A DNA stretch of 43,317 nucleotides from Candidatus Saccharimonadales bacterium (GCA_025449905.1 JANWIN010000012.1:1-43317); one strand, 5' to 3'; positions 1 to 9,999 are shown, counted from the stretch's first letter. The notes: generated by a model from the sequence alone, not told the origin. Translations and numbers: made by a program.

Positions 1-2
1 CC

Positions 3-470
3 TTACCTATAATTCATTTTATGAAGGTTGATGTAGAAGGCTTGGAATACGAGGTTTTAAATAGTAATAATTGGCAAAAATTCAGACCGCACGTTATTTG
101 TATTGAGTCTAATCATCTTTTAAAAGACTGGCACGGGCTGTTAAAAGAGGCGGGCTACCAACTAATCTATACGGACGGACTAAATGAATATTTTATAGCC
201 AGCGAAGTAAAAGAAAGCTATAAACTCCAAAATATTACTGAAAAAATAATTAATGAAACCTCAAATGTTTTAAAAGACAGACAATTCAAAGCTTGGAAAA
301 AGGATGTTAACAAAATAAAAAATTTGGAAAATAAGAATCGCAAACAACAGATTGCTTTTGACAGAGCAAAATCACTAACTCTTAAAGATCAAAAATTAAC
401 CAGGCGCGCTAAGCGAGCAGTTTACGGGCTTACTATTGATTGGCTGAGGTATAGAAAAGGTAAAAGCTAA
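3..470 (+). CDS. FkbM-family SAM-dependent methyltransferase, 5'-truncated by the window edge
   Basis: Frame is open from base 3 (LPIIHF-MKVDVEGLEYEVL). KxDVEGxE followed by RPxVIxIE and a DGLNEYF motif is typical of FkbM/Methyltransf_21; charged coiled-coil-like tail. Confidence 0.85.
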   Translation, partial: LPIIHFMKVDVEGLEYEVLNSNNWQKFRPHVICIESNHLLKDWHGLLKEAGYQLIYTDGLNEYFIASEVKESYKLQNITEKIINETSNVLKDRQFKAWKKDVNKIKNLENKNRKQQIAFDRAKSLTLKDQKLTRRAKRAVYGLTIDWLRYRKGKS

Positions 471-514
471 TCATGTCTGCGAGATTTATTAAAATTAAGA
501 CAAATAATTTGGGT

Positions 515-543
515 TTGCCTGGCAGCCGGCAAAATCATAAGGT
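515..543 (+). promoter_or_regulatory. sigma70-type promoter, leaderless
   Basis: TTGCCT-N17-TAAGGT, then 6 nt to ATG 550; no SD. Confidence 0.5.
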
Positions 544-549
544 ATAAGT

Positions 550-1737
550 ATGCCAAAAACCCCTCATATTAAAGTCGATGCCTTCCCATTAGTCGATAAA
601 CATTTTAGCGGCGTAGGCCACGCAACATTGGGCATAGTCCAGGGCTTAGACGAGCTAGCCGGCGAGGGCAAATTGACTTATTCATTAATTGCCCCCCGGC
701 GCTGGGCTTATAAGCTGGATAAGTACAATCTTTTAAACTACAAACGGATTATTAAAAACCCGTTTCCTAATCGAGTTATCCGCGGTTTTATGAAGTTTCA
801 TCTTAAAGTACCAATGGATTTAATTTTAGGGCCGGGCAATTATTACTTCCCGTCATTCTTGGCCTGGCCAACATGGTTTAGCCGTTCATCAGTAGTCATC
901 CATGACGTCACCTATCTGGCTGTACCAGAATGTGTGCAAAAAGATAACCGCGACTATTTGGCCAAAGTAGCGCCGTTTTCCATTAAAAATTCAAAAAACA
1001 TCATAACCGTCTCTAACTTTAGTAAAAAAGAAATCATTAAATATTATAAATACCCGGCTGATAAAATATCAGTTGCCTATAACTCTGTTAACCAAGCGCT
1101 GTTTTACCGGCGCACCACACAGGAAGTGAAAAGCGTTAGACTGAAATACGATATTTATCGGCCGGATTATATTTTGTCGGTTGGCAACATTGAACCCAGA
1201 AAAAATCAAGAACGGCTAATTGAAGCCTATATGTCACTGCCAAAAGATATAACTGATAAATATGCACTGGTAATAATCGGCGCCGGCGGTTGGAACAACG
1301 AAGCTATTCTTAAAAAAATGCAGGATGCTAAAGAAAAAGGCTTCGTCATTATCAATCCCAAGCATTTTGTGGCTGATGAAGATATGCCGGCGCTTTACAC
1401 AGGGGCAAAATTTTATATATTTCCGCCAATATATGAAGGTTTTGGTATGTCGCCGCTGGAAGCCTTTGCTTGCGGTACGCCGGTTATTGCTTCTAATGTT
1501 ACATCTGTGCCAGAAGCTGTCGGTGACGCCGCGGTTTTTATAAATCCTTACGACGCCCGCGACATTGCCCAAAAAATGAAAAATATGCTTAAAGATTTAG
1601 ATGAAGACCCAGATAAATATTTAGAGGTTATGAAGAAACAAATTGCTAAATTTAGTTGGCACCAAAGCGCAATCACTACAGCCGCTAGCGTAACAGGCAA
1701 GTCAGAAGAATATTTTAAGGATAACAATGAGTATTAG
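550..1737 (+). CDS. GT4 (GT-B) glycosyltransferase, MtfB/WbdA-like
   Basis: [12 protein letters not shown] and [19 protein letters not shown] (EX7E) motifs. Confidence 0.92.
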   Translation: MPKTPHIKVDAFPLVDKHFSGVGHATLGIVQGLDELAGEGKLTYSLIAPRRWAYKLDKYNLLNYKRIIKNPFPNRVIRGFMKFHLKVPMDLILGPGNYYFPSFLAWPTWFSRSSVVIHDVTYLAVPECVQKDNRDYLAKVAPFSIKNSKNIITVSNFSKKEIIKYYKYPADKISVAYNSVNQALFYRRTTQEVKSVRLKYDIYRPDYILSVGNIEPRKNQERLIEAYMSLPKDITDKYALVIIGAGGWNNEAILKKMQDAKEKGFVIINPKHFVADEDMPALYTGAKFYIFPPIYEGFGMSPLEAFACGTPVIASNVTSVPEAVGDAAVFINPYDARDIAQKMKNMLKDLDEDPDKYLEVMKKQIAKFSWHQSAITTAASVTGKSEEYFKDNNEY

Positions 1738-1740
1738 GGC

Positions 1741-2982
1741 ATGAAAATAGGCGTCGATTTAAGGGCACTGCAAATAGGGCACGAATACCGCGGTATCGGC
1801 GAAGTCGTTAGACGGACGCTTAATACAATCTTTAGCCTCGCCGAGCAGGATAAAACCGGGACTTACGAGTTTATTTTTTTTGAATACAAAGATAAAGATC
1901 CTAAAAAATATTTAAATATTCCACGCGGGCTAAAGTACAAAGAAATATTTTTAGGCAAACAACCCAAGAAAGATACCAGTAGGGAAACTTCCGATAAATT
2001 TAATTACAAACTTCGAACGCTTTTCGGTGATCCCGTGCCACAGGCAGCAGACTGCGACGTTTTCTTACAGTATGATTATTCCTTAGGCGTTCCCAAACAT
2101 ACTAAAAGCCTAGTTTTTGCTAACGACCTTATACCTTTAATATATTGGCGCCATAACTTTACTTCGCCGTGGCTGCATATAAAACACAGAGCTCTGCGCT
2201 CAACACTTAGAACCATACTGCACAACTATGAATACAAACACGTGCTAAAGCGTTCTTATAAAAATGCAACTAAAGTAATTTCCATCTCCGAATACACCAA
2301 AGCCGATTTAGTTAAGCACCTGCACATTAACCCTAAAAAAATCAAGACTATACTTTTAGGCATCAGCCCATTGCCGCTGGATGATAAAGCCCACGAGGCC
2401 AAAAGCGAAACAAAGACACCGACTAAGCCATACTTATTATTTATTGGGGCGGCTGACCCGCGTCGCCGGGCAGTAAACGACCTAATTGCCGCTTTTAATA
2501 ACTTAAAAGCCGAAGGCCGTGATTTGCAGCTAGTACTGGTTGGTGAAAATTTTCAGTCAGCGGAAAATATCCCGACTTTAGTAGTTCGCCAGGCGGTCAC
2601 GGCTTCGTCATATAAAAATGATATTTTAACTCTAGGCTACATTAATGATGAGACTAAGCATAAACTTTACCAAAATGCCTTAGCTTTTGTTTTTCCCAGC
2701 CACTACGAAGGTTTTGGCCTGCCGATACTGGAAGGGATGCTATATGGCTGCCCAGTCATTACTTATAAAAATTCATCTATTCCAGAAGTCGGCGGCGAGC
2801 AGGCCATATATGTTAAAAATTGGCAGGGTATTTGGGAAGCTGTCCGCAAGCTAATGGATTATTCGCCTGATGAAAGAAAAACATTAATCGATGCTGGTAA
2901 AAAACATGCTGCCAGCTTCAATTGGGATAAAACCGCCGAAGAACTATTTACCGAGCTAAAGAGCCTAGCAGGCAATAGCTGA
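1741..2982 (+). CDS. GT4 (GT-B) glycosyltransferase
   Basis: RGIG near the N-terminus, DLIPL, FPSHYEGFGLPILEGMLYGCPVI. Confidence 0.92.
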   Translation: MKIGVDLRALQIGHEYRGIGEVVRRTLNTIFSLAEQDKTGTYEFIFFEYKDKDPKKYLNIPRGLKYKEIFLGKQPKKDTSRETSDKFNYKLRTLFGDPVPQAADCDVFLQYDYSLGVPKHTKSLVFANDLIPLIYWRHNFTSPWLHIKHRALRSTLRTILHNYEYKHVLKRSYKNATKVISISEYTKADLVKHLHINPKKIKTILLGISPLPLDDKAHEAKSETKTPTKPYLLFIGAADPRRRAVNDLIAAFNNLKAEGRDLQLVLVGENFQSAENIPTLVVRQAVTASSYKNDILTLGYINDETKHKLYQNALAFVFPSHYEGFGLPILEGMLYGCPVITYKNSSIPEVGGEQAIYVKNWQGIWEAVRKLMDYSPDERKTLIDAGKKHAASFNWDKTAEELFTELKSLAGNS

Positions 2983-2987
2983 TTTAT

Positions 2988-3581
2988 TTAATTACTTTGG
3001 GACTGACTTGTGACATATTCACCAAAAGCTTGCTGTATCTTTGAGTAGTCCGCAGAGACTTTGTCGTAGTTTCCTTTATCGACACTCAGGGTTAAATAAT
3101 AGGTCTTGTTAGAAAACGGAAAGATGATCATGTTATAAACGGTGTTTTTGTCAGTGTAGTGAATTTCTACAACCTTATGTTTGTTAACAGTAGTTACTTT
3201 CTTGTCGACTAGTTTAAAATTATTAATTTCTTTGGATAGTTTTTTGGCCACACCATCTGGAAGATCTTCAATTTTAAAGTCACTAGCAAGCTTGCCAGAT
3301 TGAGCACGGGCTGTGACAGTAGCGTCAGGATTATGCCGGCGGACCTTTAAAATTACATTGGCATTGATTTCATCTGGCAGTAAGGTATCGCTTTCTGTCC
3401 AGCCAGCCGGGTATTTTATTTTACCCTTAGTTTCTGGCTTTTGACTGCTAGCAGTATTACCATTTTTTGACCTGGAAGAATCACTGTTATTTTTACCCAA
3501 GTTGTAGCTAATAACGCCAACAACAAGTATAAACAATACAATTAAAACTAATCTTGGATTTATTTTTTTAAATCGAGACAT
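2988..3581 (-). CDS. Membrane-anchored hypothetical protein, possible PsbP/DcrB-like fold
   Basis: N-terminal TM helix, Ser/Asn linker, IKYPAGW motif, beta-rich body ending in a helix. The fold call is inference. Confidence 0.6.
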   Translation of the reverse strand: MSRFKKINPRLVLIVLFILVVGVISYNLGKNNSDSSRSKNGNTASSQKPETKGKIKYPAGWTESDTLLPDEINANVILKVRRHNPDATVTARAQSGKLASDFKIEDLPDGVAKKLSKEINNFKLVDKKVTTVNKHKVVEIHYTDKNTVYNMIIFPFSNKTYYLTLSVDKGNYDKVSADYSKIQQAFGEYVTSQSQSN

Positions 3582-3588
3582 GGATACA

Positions 3589-3617
3589 AGTATATTTTAG
3601 GAAAGAATTTTATGCAA
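3589..3617 (-). promoter_or_regulatory. sigma70-type promoter, leaderless
   Basis: Minus strand TTGCAT-N17-TATACT, then 7 nt to ATG 3581. Confidence 0.6.
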
Positions 3618-3626
3618 AGCTGGCAA

Positions 3627-4193
3627 TTAGTCATTAAGTTTTAATGACGAAAAGAGGGTTGTAAAATTCTGGTAATAACGAGCATTGTCTTGGCCCAAAC
3701 TTTCGCAATAAGCTATGACTTGTATTTTTTTGCCCAAGGCAATTATCTCTACTCGGTTTATTTTTTGCTCTTTTTTGCCGTATTCCATTTCCAACAGAAC
3801 TCCTTTAGCTTCGCCGAACTTTACCAGGTTCAAAGCCGAGTTCTCATTAGTAAGCTTAACGTCTGGATGCAGTTTTTTAACTTCCTTTAAAAGCCCGTCT
3901 CTAAGATCGCTAGTACTGGTAGTACCGCCCCTAGCTAAACTAGACTGAGAGATTATACAACTTGCACGAGAGTCTCCCGGTGGGCGGTAGCCATACAAAA
4001 AACCCGGGTTTAAAGCGGTGAGTTCACTGCGCGGTATTACCTCAAATTTTTTACTTATGTTAAATGTCAAGCCAATCGAGCTATCAGCTACGCTGTTATA
4101 GTTATTTTCTGGCCGAGTTAGCAGCCACCCGACTATTACTAGAATGGAAATTAATCCAAAGGCAATCAATAAACGCATGAATCTATTTTCCAT
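3627..4193 (-). CDS. Membrane-anchored hypothetical protein, possible PsbP-like fold
   Basis: N-terminal TM helix; similar size and layout to the neighbouring 2988..3581 gene; TGcTAAGAT 7 nt before the ATG. Confidence 0.55.
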   Translation of the reverse strand: MENRFMRLLIAFGLISILVIVGWLLTRPENNYNSVADSSIGLTFNISKKFEVIPRSELTALNPGFLYGYRPPGDSRASCIISQSSLARGGTTSTSDLRDGLLKEVKKLHPDVKLTNENSALNLVKFGEAKGVLLEMEYGKKEQKINRVEIIALGKKIQVIAYCESLGQDNARYYQNFTTLFSSLKLND

Positions 4194-4223
4194 ATCGGTA
4201 ATCTTAGCAGGTCGAGACGCTCT

Positions 4224-4254
4224 AAAACAAACAACTCCCCGAAGGGAGCTGCTT
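4224..4254 (-). terminator. Intrinsic terminator of the 4275..5231 gene
   Basis: Minus strand AAGCAGCUCCC-UUCG-GGGAGUUGUUU-GUUUU: 11-bp stem with cUUCGg tetraloop and U-rich tail, 20 nt after the stop. Confidence 0.85.
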
Positions 4255-4274
4255 GCTTAGTGAACTAACTGAAT

Positions 4275-5231
4275 CTATTCGTTAGATACAGCAGTCCAAG
4301 TGTTGGTTGCAGTACATGCTCTAAGCGTAGCGTCTGCACCACCATCGGTGTCTAGGAACAGCGAACCTGTTACACAGGTTGATGGGTTAGCTGAACCAGA
4401 ACTAATTGTTGTTCCTGCGGCTAAGCGGATATCAGCTGTGCCGTAGTCAACAAGCGAGCTTCCACCTACATCAGAGAATGCAGCGTGATACAGGTCTAGG
4501 CCGTAGTTAAAGTGCGTGCCTGACGCCGGGCTGGTGTAGGCTACACCATAAGCAGCGTTACCAACTGTAGCCGTGCTACCGTCACCGCTGTCAATAACTG
4601 CGGTGAAACCGTTAGCCAGCGTACCAGTAGTTGAACCATCAGAGCCGATTAGACCTATGACTCCGGCTTTAGTACCTGCGGTGTCACTAGTATCAACGTT
4701 GTAAGCACCGACTACACCAGAGTGGTAAACGTAGTCATTGCCACTTGCTGTTGGAGTTAGCGTACTACCGTGAAGATTACCCATTATAGGCGACAGGAAT
4801 ACACTATCGTCACCGGCAGCTCCTTCTAGTGTCAAATCACCGGCTAGGTTTTGGTAAGAGCCTGCTGAAGTTGTTCCTAAAGTAACATCTGAAGTAACCG
4901 CACCATCTGCTCGGTCAGCGTTACCAAGCGCTACAGCATTGCCGAGCTCACTCTTATCGACTGAATTACTGGCAATATCTACTTTGCGTACGCTAGCAGT
5001 TCCAAGATCTTCAGTTTGAATAGTACCATTTCTAATATCGCCCGATTCAATTGTGCCTTGTGCAATTTTAGCGCTAGTAACAGCGCCGCTCATAAGATCA
5101 TTGTTCGAAACACAATCGTCACAAGCTAGAGCCCCAGCTCTGGTAGAGCCCAGCCCAGCAATTGCTAATGCAGCAGTTAATGCTACAGCAATGGCTACAG
5201 CCGTGCTTTTTAAGTTAATAGTATACGTCAT
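4275..5231 (-). CDS. Secreted fibre/adhesin-like protein with 10-residue repeats (WIAG-tail/phage-fibre-like)
   Basis: Ala-rich signal peptide, ACDDC, five decamers (GAVTSAKIAQ GTIESGDIRN GTIQTEDLGT ASVRKVDIAS NSVDKSELGN), G/S/T-rich body, C-terminal GSLFLDT...W module; SD AAGGGGG. Confidence 0.7.
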   Translation of the reverse strand: MTYTINLKSTAVAIAVALTAALAIAGLGSTRAGALACDDCVSNNDLMSGAVTSAKIAQGTIESGDIRNGTIQTEDLGTASVRKVDIASNSVDKSELGNAVALGNADRADGAVTSDVTLGTTSAGSYQNLAGDLTLEGAAGDDSVFLSPIMGNLHGSTLTPTASGNDYVYHSGVVGAYNVDTSDTAGTKAGVIGLIGSDGSTTGTLANGFTAVIDSGDGSTATVGNAAYGVAYTSPASGTHFNYGLDLYHAAFSDVGGSSLVDYGTADIRLAAGTTISSGSANPSTCVTGSLFLDTDGGADATLRACTATNTWTAVSNE

Positions 5232-5371
5232 TTAAAATGCCCCCTTCTTAATTTTGTTATATATACATTTGGGATTTGTACCTCTTAATACTAGAAGATA
5301 CACTTGGGGCCGTCAACCTGCTTACGCTTGCTTGTGGAAAAGTACTCAAGCTTCATTGTTCGATTATACCA
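5232..5371 (-). promoter_or_regulatory. Extended -10 promoter and about 125-nt structured 5' leader
   Basis: TGgTATAAT (-10 at 5368-5363); hairpins GCUUG/CAAGC, GC-GUAA-GC and UGUAUCU/AGGUACA; SD at about 5240-5249. Confidence 0.5.
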
Positions 5372-5447
5372 ACTTCAATATTTAAATTTATTGACAGAGA
5401 TGGGGTTAAAGTAGACTAAAGGTGTGACTTAAGCTATCTTGTAGGCA

Positions 5448-7538
5448 GTGTTTAAACGACCTATTAGCAGAAAACGGGACTGGTTGGCGCGCGCCATTGA
5501 CTTATTGCCTGTAGTTGCACCGGTATTTTTAGCTGTTTTCAGCTTAGTAGCTGTAGCTTTTTTAGTGGGTGACTCTTTTAAAGATGAATACATCTGGTCA
5601 GTTGGCTTGATTGCCGCGTCACTAGCCAGCTGGTTGGTAGCCAAACATGCTAGGTTTAACAATACCCCCGGCAGCAGTTATGAAAAAAAACTGTGCGGAC
5701 TCTTATTAATAGTAGGCGTAATTATCTGGACCGGTTTCAACGGCCTACATACCTCACAGCATGTTTATACCAATCGAGACCCGGCAACCTATGCGGTAAC
5801 CGGCGCTTGGCTGACTAAACATGACAACTTACACATTGCTAAACCCAATGTTGTTAGTAACTTGGCAGGGGTGAATTACACCAGCGCTGGCTTTGGCCAA
5901 AGTACAAAGGATAGAGAGATATTTGCCCAAGGAGTGCACTTACTGCCAGCTTTACTGGGTCTAGGCGGCCGAGTTGTCGGCGTTGGTGCGATGCTTCATA
6001 TTAACGTTATTTTTGGCGCAGTAGCCCTAATGGCGATTTATGGCTTTGCCAGATTCTTAGTCAGACCGCGCTGGGCGCTGGTGGCTACAACCATCTTAGC
6101 CGGCTCACTGCCCCTTATTTATTTTTCCAGAGATACCTACACCGAGCCCTTAACAGCGGCCTTCATCTTTGGCTGTTTGTCCTTAATATGGCTGGCGCAA
6201 ACCACAAAAAAATATAGCCTTTGGTTTTTAGCCGGTATCCTAGCCGGCGCCGGCGCCATGGTACGAATTGACGCCTATTTAACTATTGCGGCCATAGTCG
6301 GTGCAGCCATGATGTTTGTGATTCTGGCCGACAAAAAAGACCGAAAAAGACAATCAATCCAAACCGGCTTATTGTTACTAGGCACTGCTATAACAGCGGT
6401 CATTGGCTGGCTGGACGTTTCGCGCTTGTCCAGCGGCTACTACATCGACCAACTGTCACACATTAAACCCGAATTATTCTTGATTCTTGCTATCTTTATA
6501 GCTGGCATACTAGGAGCATTGTTAGCTTGGCATACAGGAATATTAAAATGGCTGGACGATAAAACCCGCCGCTGGCGGGGCACTGCGGTGGTTGTATTAG
6601 TTATAGTTTTTGGATTAGCTTTAGCCAGCCGTCCCCTTTGGTATCAATCATACCGAGTACCACACAACCCCGCTAAACTGCTGGCTGCCGGCAGGGATCC
6701 TAACCCCAAAAGAACCTACAACGAAAGCACGCTGAATTGGTTAGCTTGGTATATTGGCCCAATTATGGTGATTGCCGGCTTTGGCGGGCTGGCGATTGTG
6801 TCTTATAGATTACTCAAGTCTGAAAAACACAGAGCCCTGCTGTTATTGCCAGCTGTAACAGTTGTTGGTATAACCTCAGCACTCTATTTGGTAAGACCGC
6901 GGATTGCACCTGATCAAATTTGGGCTTCTCGGCGGCTCTTGCCAATTATTATGCCTGGCTTTTTAGTAATGGGTGCTGTCGGTTTAGAGCAGCTCTATGG
7001 ATTTAAATCGCCTAAACTAAAAATTCGCGGCCAGACTCTAGCGACGATTGCGGCGACTGCAGCGGTTATTAGTCCTTTAGTGGTTACCTATCCGTTTATT
7101 CACCGTCGTAATTATGTCCCAATGCTGGGGCAAGTCTTAACAACTTGTGACAACCTGCCAAAAAAATCTGTAGTGTTTTGGACTGGCCTTGGCCGGCTAG
7201 AAGCAGTTCAACCAACCAGGACATTTTGCGATGCTGCTGCCTATGGCATTAAAGAACCAAACCAAACAAGTTTAGCCCAGTTGGCTAAGCAGGCTTATGC
7301 CAAAGGCTACCAGCCTATCTTGGGTGTTTTTGGCCGAGATTTTATATATATAAAGAATAAAAACTTAGGCCAGATGTCACTGGTAAGCAGTATTGACTAC
7401 GGTGTTATTGATCAACCGAAAGACTTATTCCCGCGTAATTGGCACACCGTTAATAGGCAAGTCATGCTGGGCGAGCTGCAACCTGACGGCAGCGTTAAGC
7501 CGCTCACTCGAGTAGTTAACGGCCAAACACAAAACTAA
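5448..7538 (+). CDS. Polytopic GT-C-type membrane glycosyltransferase (PMT/ArnT-like)
   Basis: More than 12 hydrophobic segments, RDPATY acidic motif in the first outer loop, YTEPL, RIDA, WASRRLLP, soluble C-terminal domain. Start codon uncertain. Confidence 0.7.
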   Translation: MFKRPISRKRDWLARAIDLLPVVAPVFLAVFSLVAVAFLVGDSFKDEYIWSVGLIAASLASWLVAKHARFNNTPGSSYEKKLCGLLLIVGVIIWTGFNGLHTSQHVYTNRDPATYAVTGAWLTKHDNLHIAKPNVVSNLAGVNYTSAGFGQSTKDREIFAQGVHLLPALLGLGGRVVGVGAMLHINVIFGAVALMAIYGFARFLVRPRWALVATTILAGSLPLIYFSRDTYTEPLTAAFIFGCLSLIWLAQTTKKYSLWFLAGILAGAGAMVRIDAYLTIAAIVGAAMMFVILADKKDRKRQSIQTGLLLLGTAITAVIGWLDVSRLSSGYYIDQLSHIKPELFLILAIFIAGILGALLAWHTGILKWLDDKTRRWRGTAVVVLVIVFGLALASRPLWYQSYRVPHNPAKLLAAGRDPNPKRTYNESTLNWLAWYIGPIMVIAGFGGLAIVSYRLLKSEKHRALLLLPAVTVVGITSALYLVRPRIAPDQIWASRRLLPIIMPGFLVMGAVGLEQLYGFKSPKLKIRGQTLATIAATAAVISPLVVTYPFIHRRNYVPMLGQVLTTCDNLPKKSVVFWTGLGRLEAVQPTRTFCDAAAYGIKEPNQTSLAQLAKQAYAKGYQPILGVFGRDFIYIKNKNLGQMSLVSSIDYGVIDQPKDLFPRNWHTVNRQVMLGELQPDGSVKPLTRVVNGQTQN

Positions 7539-9426
7539 CTTCAGCCGTGCCATTATTGTCATAAGTTAGATAATAAGTATTGCCGCGCCGTATACCTATT
7601 TCATCCCGGTGATCTTTATCCCAGTCGCCGGCTAGACCAATATCGCTGGCTTGACCAAAACTAAAGCTGACTTCAGCCTTACCGTTTTTATCATAGTTTA
7701 AGTAATATTTATTAAGTCGTTTTAGTCCAACTTCATCCCGACCGTCCTTGTCCCAATCGCCAGCCAGCGGTGTGTCGCTGTCCTGACCAAAACTAAAGGA
7801 AGCTTCGCTATCGCTGTCATTGTTATAGTTAAGATAAAACTTACTGCCGCGCCGTATACCTATCTCATCGCGACCGTCCTTGTCCCAATCGCCAGCAATT
7901 GGCGCGTCACTAGCTTGACCAAAACTAAAGCTGACTTCGGCATCACTGTCGCGGCCGTAATTTAAATAATAAGTACTGCCACGCTTTAGGCCTATCTCAT
8001 CGCGGCCATCACCGTCCCAGTCGCCGGCAATCGGCGTATCATCATCACGTCCAAAACTGAATGAATCGTCACTACTGCCGTCATTGTTATAATTAAGTAA
8101 ATAAGTACTGCCACGCTTCAGCGCAATCTCATCGCGACCATCGCCGTCCCAGTCGCCAGCCACGGCCACATCCGGTTCGTTATCGTTATTTGTTAATGAA
8201 GCGTCCTTAACATCACCAGCGGCCAGATTGCCATAAGTTGTATCACTGCTGGAAGGATTGCCAGTGATTAGGGTGTATTTAATGTCGCCATCAGCATCAC
8301 TATCGTCAAGCCCAGTAATAGTCACTTCGTTATTTTCCGGGTGATTCCAATTAGAGGGCGTGATAGTTTTACTGGTGACGCCGCTAAGGGTAGCCTCGGC
8401 TGTGTTAGAAATGCTCAAGGGAATAGTGACATTAGCCGTGGGCTGGGTGACCAGCGAAAAACGAACCTCGGCTGTAGCACCCGATTCGCTAGAGCTGGAA
8501 TCGGTGACCGAAACTTTAATCGGCGTGGTCAGCGTGCTGCCAAACCAGTCATTATACAGCCGCCAAAAATTACGGTTGCCGTAAGCACTGCAAGAATTAC
8601 CAGTACCATATAGGTTATCTAAAGCTGCTTGGTTAGGTGTATAAGGCGTGTAGTTATAAAGACCGGCCGTAGCTTGGCTGCTCATATATATATTCTTGCC
8701 GCCACAGCTGGAATTAGGATTGTACTGAACAAAGCTGGTTTGACCGCCTTGATGGTTATATGAATCACCATTTTTAGCGTAGCGTTGAAACTGACGAGCG
8801 GCGTAATAAATTTGATTGAAAAAGCCTTCATACTGGTCATAGCAACCATTATTGTTGCCGTCAACACTGTGCGGCAGATCAGAATCAGGACAGCCATAGC
8901 CCATAGCTTTAGTGTATTGAACCTTCCACGGCCAATCATCAGTTACCAAGCTTTCCTCTTTTTGCAGGGTTACCAGTAAAACTTTCGGGCTGATGTCACA
9001 AGCAGTAGCGATTTTAGAAATGATAGTCGCGGCGCTTTTCTTGACACCGCCGGATGAAGCTATAGAACTAGTGCAATAACTATCAGCAGCTTTAGATGGA
9101 ATGGTCTTAGTAGCGTTTTTTAGACAGGTATAAGGCGGGGGATTACCGCGTGAGCTGCCATACTGAGCGCGAGTAGTTGAGCCACTGTAAATTTCTTCAC
9201 CCTGGGTATCGCAGTCGGGTACCTTGCTATTTAAAAAACTTTGAATCTCGCCGGCGCTCATGGAAGTATGTTTAAAGAAGATGGCATCATCAATTATTCG
9301 GCCAGCCTTAAAACTACTGCCCGATAAAGCCGAAACAGACGATAGCGGAAATGCCAAGATTATAGCTAAGCAAAGTATTCCTAGAGTCTCGAAAAAACTA
9401 AGCTTGATTACCGTCGTCTTAGACAT
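7516..9426 (-). CDS. Secreted multidomain protein: putative lysozyme-like N-domain, Calx-beta/Ig-like domain and five FG-GAP-like repeats
   Basis: Signal peptide; LLVTLQKEESL, AMGYGCPD, LYNYTPY, YGNRNFW motifs; SESG..A...L...P...VT..ITPSNW....VTITGLDD Calx-beta-like segment; GDWDxDGRDEIG repeats. Confidence 0.75.
   Translation of the reverse strand: MSKTTVIKLSFFETLGILCLAIILAFPLSSVSALSGSSFKAGRIIDDAIFFKHTSMSAGEIQSFLNSKVPDCDTQGEEIYSGSTTRAQYGSSRGNPPPYTCLKNATKTIPSKAADSYCTSSIASSGGVKKSAATIISKIATACDISPKVLLVTLQKEESLVTDDWPWKVQYTKAMGYGCPDSDLPHSVDGNNNGCYDQYEGFFNQIYYAARQFQRYAKNGDSYNHQGGQTSFVQYNPNSSCGGKNIYMSSQATAGLYNYTPYTPNQAALDNLYGTGNSCSAYGNRNFWRLYNDWFGSTLTTPIKVSVTDSSSSESGATAEVRFSLVTQPTANVTIPLSISNTAEATLSGVTSKTITPSNWNHPENNEVTITGLDDSDADGDIKYTLITGNPSSSDTTYGNLAAGDVKDASLTNNDNEPDVAVAGDWDGDGRDEIALKRGSTYLLNYNNDGSSDDSFSFGRDDDTPIAGDWDGDGRDEIGLKRGSTYYLNYGRDSDAEVSFSFGQASDAPIAGDWDKDGRDEIGIRRGSKFYLNYNNDSDSEASFSFGQDSDTPLAGDWDKDGRDEVGLKRLNKYYLNYDKNGKAEVSFSFGQASDIGLAGDWDKDHRDEIGIRRGNTYYLTYDNNGTAEVSFVFGR
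7522..8167 (-). repeat. Five imperfect 132-bp (44-aa) intragenic tandem repeats
   Basis: Trp codons of GDWD recur at about 7621, 7753, 7885, 8017 and 8149 (period 132); unit approximates AGDWDxDGRDEIGxxRGxxYYLNYxxxxxAEVSFSFGQxSDxP. Confidence 0.92.
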
Positions 9427-9429
9427 AGT

Positions 9430-9990
9430 TTAATTAACCTTAACCGTTTGCCCCGCTGAAGTGCCTTCAGCATTAGTTGATGAATAGCTAACTGTCAATG
9501 TCCAGTTACCCCCAACCGGAAATTTACTGCGAGCGATTTTTATTGGCGGGCAAGTGGTGTGGTTGAAGTCCTGTATGCCTTTAGATGTACCCGTGACATC
9601 GGCGTAGCCAGCTTTGGTAAATTTTGCGGTGCAAGTGCCGTTCTCTTCAAAGATACCATTTACATAAGCTCGAACATCAGTTAATTCTTGGCCGGGAGCC
9701 GGCGTGGAGATAACGGGCGTAACTTGTTTTTTATCGCTTGAGCCGTCGGTTGAGCTATGTTTCTGAGAATGCTTGCTAGGAACGTTGTTACTGTCGGTGG
9801 TATCTGCTGAATCATTGTCAGTAGCATTAGTATTTTGCGTGGGGTGGCTGTCGGTGTCATTGGCTGCTTCATCGTTGTCGGCTAGAGCCCAGGCCAGACC
9901 GCCGCCAACTAAAACAACAGCGGCAGCAGCTACTAATAAAGTTTTTTTGCTACGAAAGAAGCTTTTTTTAGACTTTGTATTTTTCACCAT
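9430..9990 (-). CDS. Membrane-anchored protein with D/S/T-rich stalk and Cys-paired Ig-like C-domain
   Basis: Basic N-tail, TM helix, low-complexity linker, GTCTAKF...TTC...GNWTLTVSY; stop 3 nt before the 9426 ATG, so probably an operon. Confidence 0.75.
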   Translation of the reverse strand: MVKNTKSKKSFFRSKKTLLVAAAAVVLVGGGLAWALADNDEAANDTDSHPTQNTNATDNDSADTTDSNNVPSKHSQKHSSTDGSSDKKQVTPVISTPAPGQELTDVRAYVNGIFEENGTCTAKFTKAGYADVTGTSKGIQDFNHTTCPPIKIARSKFPVGGNWTLTVSYSSTNAEGTSAGQTVKVN

Positions 9991-9999
9991 ACTTTTTGA

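Noticed and set aside
4275-5231. Prophage suggested by the tail-fibre-like gene
   Set aside because: It has a Sec-type signal peptide and its own promoter and terminator; no integrase, terminase, capsid or other phage genes are in the window.
5277-5302. Sarcin-ricin-loop mimic (CUAGUAUUAAGAGG versus CUAGUACGAGAGG)
   Set aside because: The GAGA tetraloop with its closing C-G pair is not preserved; resemblance is within chance.
7522-8167. Regularly spaced repeats as a CRISPR array or a DGR template/variable repeat pair
   Set aside because: Period is 132 bp, in frame, degenerate at synonymous positions and coding for FG-GAP-like units; no unique spacers, cas genes, reverse transcriptase or adenine-specific mismatch pattern seen.
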